Positions 1 to 10,222 of a DNA stretch of 64,000 bases are shown one piece after another. How positions within the stretch are numbered: the stretch's first letter is position 1; the number at the start of each line of letters is the position of its first letter. Below the pieces are notes generated by a model. It did not search any database, had not been told where the DNA came from, and saw nothing but the letters and a program-made list of their open reading frames with translations. Source of the stretch: the human T2T-CHM13v2.0 reference genome, Homo sapiens; assembly GCF_009914755.1 (NCBI RefSeq), contig NC_060936.1. One strand, given 5' to 3'. A program made the translations under genes and the position numbers.

Positions 1-686
1 ACTGAGTTACACAAAAACATTACTCAACAGATGTTTATATGACAAAGAGCTGGAAATTTCAGTTTGTTTCAAGGTCAGTACTAGCAAGGAGGGTGCTCTT
101 GAAACAACCTCCTTTCCTGTTCCCATGGTAGACATGATTAATTGTTTATTCTTTCTGATTACATAATCTTGAGTAGTATTCACTGATACAGATACCCTCT
201 GTCAAATGTAAATTAAATTCCACTATAAAATTTATATTCTCATTTACAGATCAGTTCATATTTGGAATATTGTAGACCTCAGGACTCCTTAGGGAGGCAT
301 AAAGTCATACTCACAGATGAGAGGGTAGAAGTTAGGAAGGTTAAAACTTGTCACGATATCAAGTCACTACATCAGAGATAAGAGCAGTTAAAGAAGAAGC
401 TGGTCAGGACTTGTTGACAGTGGTGTAACAGCTGGATGAAAAAGGCAGTAGGCACTAATGATACAACGCCTCTAGACAAATAATAATGAGCAAGAATCCG
501 AAAGGGGTGCATTCCATCAGTATGTTAACAGGGAATTTGTGCGGGAAATCCCTGAAATCCAAAGAGAAAGCCACTCAGCATCTGTAGCTTTTGTCAATGT
601 GTTATGGGACTCCAGGTCATCCAGCCAGAGTTTGTGGTGGTAGGATTCTTTTCCCAAAGAAGCATAACTTATAAAAGAAAGCATAG

Positions 687-1085
687 TGGAGATGGAGGAG
701 GAGGATAAGGATGAGGAGGAGGAGGAGGAAGAAGAAGAAAGAGGAGGAGGAGGAGGAGGAGGTAAGAAGAGGAGGAGGAGAAGGAAGAAGAAGAAGAAGG
801 AGGAGGGGGAGGGGGAGGTGGCACAGGGAAGAGGAGAAGGAGGAGGAGGAAGAAGGAGGAGAAAGAAGAAGAAGAAGGAGGAGGGGGAGGAGGAGAAGGG
901 GGGACAAGAAGGGAGAGCAGGAGGAAAACAAGAGGAGGAGGAAGAAAAAGAATCAGCAGAAGAAGCAGGAGAAAAAAGAAGAAGGGGAGGCGGAGGAGAA
1001 GAAAAGGAAGAAGGAGGAGGAGAAGGAGGAGAAGGGGAAGGGGAAGGAGAAGGAAAGAAGGAGAAGAAGGAGGAGAAGAAGAAGA
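687..1085. repeat. GA-rich low-complexity tract (GGA/GAA)n
   Basis: About 400 bp of almost pure purines on the + strand. Confidence 0.95.
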
Positions 1086-2249
1086 CTCATAATGGAAATT
1101 TGAAGAAATATAGTCCTATGAACACAAGGAACTTCAGGCACAGGATTTCTTTACAAGAGCAAGAGCACTTCAGGAGAACATGCTACAACAAACAGCACAT
1201 TTAGAAACCCAGGATTGGCATGGAGACCTTGAATCCAGGGATACGTGCAGCAGATGTTACTAGGACCCAAACCAGAGGCTCAGTGATTACCTCTAGTCTA
1301 TTTTGTCCTAGGTCATCACCCTGGGAAGGGTCTGGGATGCTCAGCCCCACCCAGCAGAGGTACTGAGGCTGCATAAATTCTTCCTGCTTTAAGCCTGTTT
1401 TAAGCTGGGCTCTAGAGTAAGAATGATCCCGGAAAGAAGAGAGTCAAAGGATGCAGCTATAGGGGAGCTAGGAAAAGCACATCAGAAAGGAAGTTAAACA
1501 GGGACTGACCCATATCAGGTTTCAGCTTTCGGAAATGATGCTTTAAGCACAATTTTTACAAGCTGGCATCTACCCAAATAGGAACTAGTGAATGCTCTGA
1601 GGGAGAAAAAAAAAAGTCACCTGATAAAAAGTTTGAGAAACCAAGGATGTTTCCACTTGAAAAGCAAGGATTTTAGGAGTCGAACAATAGCCATTCTCAA
1701 AGAAAAATCTATCATATATAAAAGCATCAATAATTTTTTTTCCTCTGAAACTCTGGAAAAACTAGTACTAAATAATGTAAATCCTAGGGAGGCAGATTTT
1801 GTTTCAAATTAAGAAATAACATACTAATCATCAGACTTGCATATAAGCAGGATGGGCAAAAATTAGTAAACTTTCACCTCTTTAATATTTCATTTGAGGG
1901 TAGATGACCATAAATATAAAATATGTTTATCAGTGAGAAGTCAGATTAAGTGACCTATAAAATTCAAGCCTCTCCTAAGATTCTGTGAATTTCCATGACA
2001 TGCATATATTCAGAAGGAAAAAGTAGTAAGAGCACTCCAAGGATGGAAACTGATGCAAAGGCAGGAAGGCAGTTGTTCAAGGGACCCTGAGTACACAAAC
2101 CTGGCTGGACTAGAGTTTACTCTTTAGAGAGTAGTACTTAGTAAAGTTAAAATATTAGGTAGGATCCAGAGAGTAGAAGACCTTCAATGCCTACCCATAT
2201 TTTGACTTTAAAGAAAAAAGGAGGGGATAGTATACTGATTTAAAAAATA

Positions 2250-2455
2250 ACAGACTGGTCAGACAGATCTGGGTTCAAATTCCAACCCATCACTTGGTAG
2301 CTGTTAGACCTCCCTAAAACCCAATATCCTTATCTGTAAAATAGGGTTAATGAGGATAATGATATTACCCATCCACAGGGTTGTTGTGGGTATTAAATGA
2401 GCTACTGGATATAACACCTGCTACATAGTAGCAATTAATGTTAGCTATTACCATT
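2250..2455 (+). mobile_element. MIR
   Basis: gatctgggttcaaattcc...atctgtaaaataggg...cagggttgttgtgggtattaaatga MIR core. Confidence 0.75.
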
Positions 2456-2501
2456 TTTATGAGACAGAGAAGTGGTGGAGGCTGAGAAAGAAAAAAAGAG
2501 A

Positions 2502-2800
2502 GGTGGATGTGGTTGCTCACGCTTGCAATCCCAGCAATTTGGGAGGCCAAGGCAGGAGGATCACTTGAGGTCAGGAATTTGAGACCAGTCTAGGCAACAT
2601 AGTAAGACCCCTCTCTCTACAAAAATGATAATTTTTTAAAAGGTAGCCAGGCATGGTGGTGTGTGCTTGTGGTCCTAACTACTCAGGAACCTGAGGTGGG
2701 AAGATCTCTTGAGCCCTGGTGGTCAAAATTGCAGTGAGCTATGATTATACTACTGCACTCCAGGCTGAGTGACACAGCAAGACCTTGTCCTCAAAATAAT
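2502..2800 (+). mobile_element. AluJ
   Basis: Dimeric Alu with J-type features (ggcaacatagtaagaccc, gagctatgat). Confidence 0.9.
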
Positions 2801-2806
2801 TAATTA

Positions 2807-3170
<364 letters not shown>

Positions 3171-3463
3171 TTAAATGGTAAATGGAAAATATTAAAACTA
3201 TTATTGATTTGACTCATTCGAGGCTTAACCTGTCATAAATGTATCTTCTTAATTTCTCTCCTTCAAAACTGCTTCAGAACTTTGTATGAAGCGAGAAAGT
3301 AATTACAAATATCTTAGATTTTTCTTATTGCATGGTGACAGAATAATCAATCAAAATCTGCAAAATGGAGACATTTTTCAATCTTTAAGGAAGATGTTAA
3401 AAACTAAACAAACACAGAAGAACTATGTCCAACTCTTTAAAATGAACAATGAATTCTAATTAC

Positions 3464-3571
3464 CTCTTCTTGAAACACAATTATGGCTTCCTGGAATTGT
3501 TTTTCACTTTCCCCTGTGGCGCTCAAAAGCTTTGTGTTTTCATAGAGAGTTTCATTCACAATGCGATCAGA
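3464..3571 (-). CDS. TSPAN8: TSPAN8 exon 6 (aa 113-148, [36 protein letters not shown])
   Basis: aattttcag|TCTGATCGC...GAAGAG|gtaatt; 108 nt; start of the large extracellular loop with an N-glycosylation sequon (NET). Confidence 0.96.
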
Positions 3572-3666
3572 CTGAAAATTGAAAAGTATTTTACATTATT
3601 CACGCCACAAGGTAGTATTCCAATTTTTCAAACTTCTTCAAAATTTTCAAACATCTGTGCACACAC

Positions 3667-3741
3667 CTTAGATTTGAAAACAGCTCCTAGGATACCTGTC
3701 GCCACCTGCAGGAGCAGGATCAGAAGCAAGCCTATGAAAAA
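3667..3741 (-). CDS. TSPAN8: TSPAN8 exon 5 (aa 88-112, FFIGLLLILLLQVATGILGAVFKSK)
   Basis: ttcttcag|TTTTTCATA...TCTAAG|gtgtgt; 75 nt; TM3 with the polar Q typical of tetraspanins. Confidence 0.96.
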
Positions 3742-4107
3742 CTGAAGAAGAGAAAAAGAAATATACATTATCCTCAGTGCATTCAGTAACATCTGGGGAC
3801 ATTCTGGCACAGCACTTCTCTCTACAGCTGGGATTATATCACAGTGAGAGTGTCAGTCACACTCTTCATTTATTCCACTTTTTACTTCAAGCTGAAAATT
3901 TTGGGTTCATTACTACTCAGAAAATTGCTCCAGAGACTGATCGAGGAAAGTGGTTCAGGCAAAAAAATTATCAAAACAACCATTGATATCTGTATGATAT
4001 TGACTAGAGGGAAGTTTGAAAACTTAGATGAGTTTATTTGAGTATTATTTTACTCCTTCCCTTTCTTCATCAAACACAACCTCACACAAACTCAGAATTG
4101 GCTTTGA

Positions 4108-4258
4108 AACAGCATCTCCACTACATTCAGAATCACCTGGCATCTTGTTACATATATAGATTCCTGAAATCGGCTTCAGATATGCTGAATCATAAGTTTG
4201 AAGGATGCAGCCCAAAGACAATTAGCTTTTTTTTTAAACAAGCTCCTTGAGTAATTAA
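4108..4258. mobile_element. MER5A-like hAT DNA transposon remnant
   Basis: cagaatcacctgg...atagattcctg...tttttaaacaagctcc pattern. Confidence 0.65.
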
Positions 4259-4524
4259 ATTCTTCAATTGCAAATGAGGCCTTATTGTTCAAAAAGCAAT
4301 CAGTAGGAATGTTATTAGAGTCCCTTTAAAACTCTGTCTCTACCGTCCCTCACAATAAACAAACAGTTTTGAACATTTTTCTCAGGTACTGATATAATCC
4401 TTACTTTATTAGAGGAATAAGTTTAGATTAGACCTGATAAACTTTTATGTCATATTTGTATCTGATAAACACTTGATTTTTTTCTAATATTTTTACTATA
4501 TCCATTTTCTACTGTATATGTTAA

Positions 4525-4984
4525 AAGTGAATGCCTGTGAATTATCCAAACCCAATTTATCCTCCTCAATGCTCTCTAAGAGATAATTCTGATTATCTCA
4601 TTCATTTAAACTTTTTTTTTAGCATGGCATGTAGAACACCTATGATTTTACCACAACCCACACTTGGATTCATCTTCCATCATTTACTGGAAACAGTTTT
4701 GCCGGTCTCCTGCCATACCCAAGGCTTCTCAGTTCCCAAACACACCAGCACTGTACTGCCACGTTGTCTTTCCGGAAAGCTTTTCCTACCCTCACTCATA
4801 CAAATACCTTATTCACTTCTGCCCTGGTTTGAAAATCCCATCCCCTGTCTTGCCCTTTGCTTCTGGGGCCACTCCCACTGTAGCTATTTGCTTACTTATT
4901 AACCTTCCCTAGTAGGTTCTAAAGGTCTTATGTATTATTTCGCACAATATCTGACACATAGAGGTATGGCAGTAATGTTGAATG
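4525..4984 (+). repeat. Left arm of 460-bp inverted duplication (old L2-derived sequence)
   Basis: Reverse complement of 5511-5970. Mirror ORFs 4531..4902(+)/5593..5964(-) and 4664..4912(+)/5583..5831(-) give identical proteins, and coordinates sum to 10495. Ends in an L2-type (GAAT)n tail. Confidence 0.97.
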
Positions 4985-5221
4985 AGTGAATGAATGAATG
5001 GATGAATGATTAAAATTTGTCTCCTCTCAGAGTATCCTCCAGTTTCTAAGCCAAACTAAGCCAAATCTAAGCCATATCAGCTTCCACAATCAAACCTTCT
5101 AAAGAGAAGTTGGAGTTAGAGTTTCATCAATCATGGCACGTTCTTTTAACAGACAATAGGGATGGGAGAGAATCCTCTGGAGTCTGAAGGTTGGACACTG
5201 GGATTTGTTTGGAGAACTCAC

Positions 5222-5359
5222 CAACAGAAGCATGCAGCGACTTTCTTTTATAGCACCGCAGCATCCCAGGAAGCCCAGAATCATGATGATGGCACCTACA
5301 GCAATCAATATGTCCACAGCAACGTAGGAGCTAGAGCCTACATCTTCAGAACCAAAAAT
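5222..5359 (-). CDS. TSPAN8: TSPAN8 exon 4 (aa 42-87, IFGSEDVG...[18 protein letters not shown])
   Basis: ttttacttcag|ATTTTTGGT...CTGTTG|gtgagt; 138 nt; tetraspanin TM2 signature [10 protein letters not shown]; lies inside ORF 5099..5419. Confidence 0.98.
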
Positions 5360-5414
5360 CTGAAGTAAAAAAGAGATTAATGGCAGAAAATTTATTTCCT
5401 TGAAGTTTATTTTG

Positions 5415-6035
5415 CTCATTCAACAAATATCCATTGAGTGCCTCCTATGTGTCAAGTCCTGTGCCAGGACCCTGAAATACATCCTTCATTCATTCATTCA
5501 TTCATTCATACATTCAACATTACTGCCATACCTCTATGTGTCAGATATTGTGCGAAATAATACATAAGACCTTTAGAACCTACTAGGGAAGGTTAATAAG
5601 TAAGCAAATAGCTACAGTGGGAGTGGCCCCAGAAGCAAAGGGCAAGACAGGGGATGGGATTTTCAAACCAGGGCAGAAGTGAATAAGGTATTTGTATGAG
5701 TGAGGGTAGGAAAAGCTTTCCGGAAAGACAACGTGGCAGTACAGTGCTGGTGTGTTTGGGAACTGAGAAGCCTTGGGTATGGCAGGAGACCGGCAAAACT
5801 GTTTCCAGTAAATGATGGAAGATGAATCCAAGTGTGGGTTGGGGTAAAATCATAGGTGTTCTACATGCCATGCTAAAAAAAAAGTTTAAATGAATGAGAT
5901 AATCAGAATTATCTCTTAGAGAGCATTGAGGAGGATAAATTGGGTTTGGATAATTCACAGGCATTCACTTAAAAAGTACAAATTGATCTTAAAAAGTACA
6001 AATCCTTGCCCTCATGGAGCTCACATTCTATTGAA
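5415..6035 (-). mobile_element. L2 3' fragment interrupted by the right arm (pieces ~5415-5484 and ~5971-6035)
   Basis: cattcaacaaatatccattgagtgcctcctatgtgtcaagtcctgtgccagg...[arm]...ccttgccctcatggagctcacattcta is colinear with the L2 3'-end consensus. Confidence 0.75.
5511..5970 (-). repeat. Right arm of 460-bp inverted duplication
   Basis: Reverse complement of 4525-4984; one mismatch seen (A4653 vs G5842); preceded by (TTCA)n at 5485-5510. Confidence 0.97.
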
Positions 6036-6254
6036 GTGCTTATATTTTTCTAAAATGATATGATGAAAGCTGGGTGGAAGAAATGTAATAGGTTTTTTTA
6101 AATCGTATTTTTAAAAGCTTAGGACAGTTACTTTTACTCTTCTTGATGTAATCTTTGGTTCACATATTTTGTGTATTCTATATAAAGTGCATTATAAAAG
6201 CATGTGTTGTTATGGTTTTTAATTCTTTAAAAAGTTCAAGCTCTTTAAACTATT

Positions 6255-6490
6255 GATAGACACAACAATATGAATTAATTTCAGAGTCATTATGCTGAGC
6301 TAAAGAAGCCATAGAAAAAAGTAAATACTGTATGATTCCATTTCTATAAAGTTCAATCATAAGCAAAACTATGGTTATAAAAATCAAAGCAGTGCTTGAC
6401 TTTGAGCAAGGCAGAAGGGAAAGCAAGAGTTAACTGAAAAGGGACATGAGGGAACTTCCATGGGTTAATAAAAATGCTTTGTATCCTCAT
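6255..6490 (+). mobile_element. Old L1M (L1ME-like) 3' fragment
   Basis: cattatgctgagctaaagaagcca...aaatactgtatgattccatttctataaagttc. Confidence 0.7.
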
Positions 6491-9400
6491 TAAAAAGAAA
6501 TCCAGTTCCTGATATTTCATATCTATTTTATCTCTTTGTTCCCAAAAGCCATAGTCCATAGAGTCATCTAGAAACTCTATTTTGACTGTTAGTTAATGAG
6601 ATATGAAGGGAAAAAAAATCCTAGAGCCCTTTATAGTGGGTGGGCTACCCATCAGGCATAATTCAGTTCTCCCAACAACACACACATACTCGTCTTCATC
6701 ACCCTCATAACACTTAGCCTCAGCCACCTCTTGTCCTCGATAAGTGGATTTATCCAGAAGTAAATCACAATTAAAAAGTAAAGCCTTGTGCGTGTCTTAT
6801 GCATAAATCCTATATGTAGCCCATTTGCCTTCTATAACCTCTATCTACTGGGCTGTCTCTAGATAGAGCACTAGTTCCTAGACTAACTCGAAACCTCTGC
6901 CTCCCAGAATGGGCTATATAGCATGTAGGTCAGCTCCCTTAACAGTCAATACAAAAATGACTGCTATGTTCTAATGATATTTTTGTTTCTCAAGGCTTTT
7001 TAAATCTACTTATTGCCTAGAGGAAACTTTTATTCAACAGTCAATAGGAAGGAATGTGCTGAAGTTATAAAAGCATTAAAACAAACATCTATATTTTGTC
7101 AGGGTCCTAATAAATAAGTTTGTAATCCTGGAACAGTCACCCAACCTAGTGGGCTCCAGTTTCCCCATTTATAAAAGGGAATTGGGTCAACCTCTGTGAT
7201 AGCCAAGGCCTCCTTTGTCTCTAAAAGTCTATGCTTACAGATAATGTTTCAATTTACATATTTTGAAAGCTTGGTTAAGTCCTAAAGATTTTTGTTTGTT
7301 GGTTTTTATTGTTTTCTCATTAACATTAGAGCTAAAAAATCAGTTTTGTTAATAAACAGGCAGGACATTGGAATCAAAATAAATGTGACAAAAATAGAAG
7401 TGTTAGGAAACTAGCTCTATGGACTTCCTGCTAAATATTGCTTCACTAGAATATTGTGGCCAGTACAGGCAAACCCTATGAGAGGATGGAAGCCTCGCTA
7501 GCTGGGTTATCAGAACTTAGAAAAGATATGCCAGACATACAATAATAGTTCAAATATCTACACATGAGGCCAAGATAGTGTGACCAGCACTTGTGCAGCA
7601 GGTAGTGAGACACTTCTATGAGGCTAACCTGGGCAGGGTGACCCACTGCCAGAGACTAGCCAGAAAGCAGTGTGTTGACTGTCTAGTGGTCATTGTTCCA
7701 AGTCCAGCCCAACAAGTGGTTATTCTTATTCAAGAATGAAGTGGAAATCTGAGTTCAGATGTTTGCACCAGGGGAGGAACAGCAGGGTTTGAAAAGCTGT
7801 CTTGAATGAACACTGTGTCCCTGTGTGTCTTAGGACAAGGGGAGAATTTCTAAAGACAGAGAAATTCAGCTGGTCCTGAAAGATGAGGACTCAGGAATCC
7901 TCTTTGGATCAGAAGGGACCTCCTGGGACAAGGATGGCTGCTCATGTGCTTTTCCTCATGGTGCTAAGTTTATCCTGAGGTAGAAAAAAGGGTCTTCATG
8001 AGACACTTCAGCAGAAAGTTCTGTCATTTCCCTGACATCCTTCTTTTCTGTGTTTATGCTCATGTTTTTCCTTCCAAAACAGCTACCTCTGTTTTTTCAC
8101 TAACAAAAAATTCAGCTCTTTGCTCTGTCTTGATTCTTTGTCACTGGCTTGAGAAAAATATAAACCAAGCCAATTTTATATAAGTCAAGCTGGTTAATGT
8201 TGTCCTGGCAGACACTGGCTTTTGTTCAGTGTGAGAGGCTGATGAAGCGTGAGTCAAAACGTAACTAAAGATGCTGTCTAGCTCTATTAATTCATTCTTA
8301 TCCCCAGATGTGGAGGAGCACCCTCTCAAGGACAACAGTTCCCCTTTAATACATTCAATATGTGCAATTTTTTAACAGACTAAACACCAAATTTGTTTAC
8401 CAGAAGCACTGGGAGGGAAAGAAAATACCAACAGGAAGTAAAATTAAAATAAAATAAATTGCAGGCTACACACACATCTTGAAGAGGCCACAGCACCCTG
8501 TAAGTAGGTGACTGTTAATCTCTGTGCTTAATTATGAGTCCCAAAGTCAGACTTCAGATTCTACAGGATGGTAATTCTGCACATCTTCAAATGCACTTCT
8601 TGGGCTCACACACCAGAGCTCCAGGCCATCAGGAAGTCACAGTTATGGTTATCAGTAGAAAACAATAAGTGAAATCCTGATGGACTAGGATGTTACTAAA
8701 AAGCTGCCACACCCATCTCCCACCCAATTTCTTCACCATGGTGAGGCACAGAATGTGGAAGCCGCTAATTGCCACTGTGATCCTCTGGGCTCCCTAAGGG
8801 CAGAAAGCAATTTTAAAAGGAAAAGAACAACAGGAGAGAGAGAGAGGAAAAAAACAAACAAAAAAAAAAACAGAGATAGAGTGAGAAAGAAATTTTCAGA
8901 AAAGCCACCCACTGCAGCGAAGAAAACAGAGCAGACATTAATTCCCTTTTCATCTTCCTTTCCACTAGGCTGTGTTCAAAGGCATTTAGCTGCACCATGG
9001 TGAAATACGTTTTAGTAGAAAATGCATTGTCTTAATTGCTGGCTTAATAAATCTCTCAGTAATTATCAACTTGGAATCAAAATTCTTCTCAGAGAGGAGA
9101 AACTCTCTTTATGTGGGCAAATACCTTAAAAAGGCTCTAGCAGTAGAAGAGGTGATCCTTTAGTGGCAAGAGCCCAGAAAACAAAGAACAAATTAATGGC
9201 TCTGAATGTGTTAGAATAATAATTTGTGGGGATGGAGCCCCAGAATAGAAGAAGGGAGAGAAAAGAATAAAAGCACGGGAGCCAGGAAATGGTGCCAGGG
9301 TGGTATTATGTTCCGTAAAACTGACAGAACAATCCCCGCACACTCGCCCCTCCCTCTTCCCCCAACCCTTTCCACATTTGTGATACTGTGGCATGGAACA

Positions 9401-10159
9401 GATACCACACGTATGGGGTCCAATAGCTGGAGCCAGAATTAACCATACGAAATACACTTCCTCCAGACCTGTAGATCTGGGTAAGAGCTTTGGCACTGGG
9501 CACGGAATGGTGTGTGGGGGAGGAAAATGGGTCATGTTCATCTTATACATATAGCAATAATCTGGACATCCCCAGAGAATTACTGAGTTTCACCAAGTTA
9601 GATTAGCCACTACTGGCAAGTGGTTACCTTCACTGCCAGTTGCCACAGGTAAATAACAAGTACCCTTGTACCTTGTTGCCTTTAAAATACAGATTCAAAT
9701 TATTCTTCTCCAAGAAAACTTCTCATTTTCTTTCCTTTTGGACCAACCACATTGGGATCAACTAAATTATTGTCAAAACCTTCTACTATAAAAATTATTC
9801 TTCTTGGTGAGAAGGAGAGGTGGCCTATATCCTCAATATAGGCCTTAAACAAATAGTAAAGGAGGAAAATTTCCACTTTGGCCCCTTCCCACCTGCATCT
9901 CACTGAATTTTTTTGAATTTTTGAATAACACCTCCTCCATTCTCTAGAAAGATTTTTCCACATCTAGCACAGTGCCAGCCACATAGTAATTTTAATTGAT
10001 TGAACTGAATTATAAAATCACATAACAGCACAAGTGATTACATGAAGCAGTTAAGAAAAATGTTTTAGACATGTTTATTACTATTATTGTTATAACTTTC
10101 ATTATTATAAATGAAATAAACTACATTGGGGAAAGGGTGACTTGTTTTTGCATACTTAC

Positions 10160-10222
10160 TGCTTGAGAGTCATTGCTTACTCGTACCCATATTGCTAATG
10201 CTAGGATCAAGATACCACATAG
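10160..10222 (-). CDS. TSPAN8: TSPAN8 exon 3 (aa 21-41, LCGILILALAIWVRVSNDSQA)
   Basis: ttttttctgcag|CTATGTGGT...CAAGCA|gtaagt; 63 nt, phase 0; end of TM1 and start of the small extracellular loop. Confidence 0.96.

Noticed and set aside
617-1204. E/G/K/R-rich and L/S/P-rich ORFs of 62-172 aa on both strands
   Set aside because: Translations of a GA microsatellite that lacks stop codons; intronic, with no splice or promoter support.
5046-5074. Short ctaagccaaa x3 repeat in the spacer, and other 12-16-bp stutters (~11940, ~63275)
   Set aside because: Ordinary slippage duplications with no evidence of function.
4531-5964. Two pairs of identical ORFs (123 aa and 82 aa) on opposite strands, resembling a duplicated gene
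   Set aside because: A by-product of the inverted duplication of L2-derived DNA with no recognisable domain; useful only as proof of the repeat.
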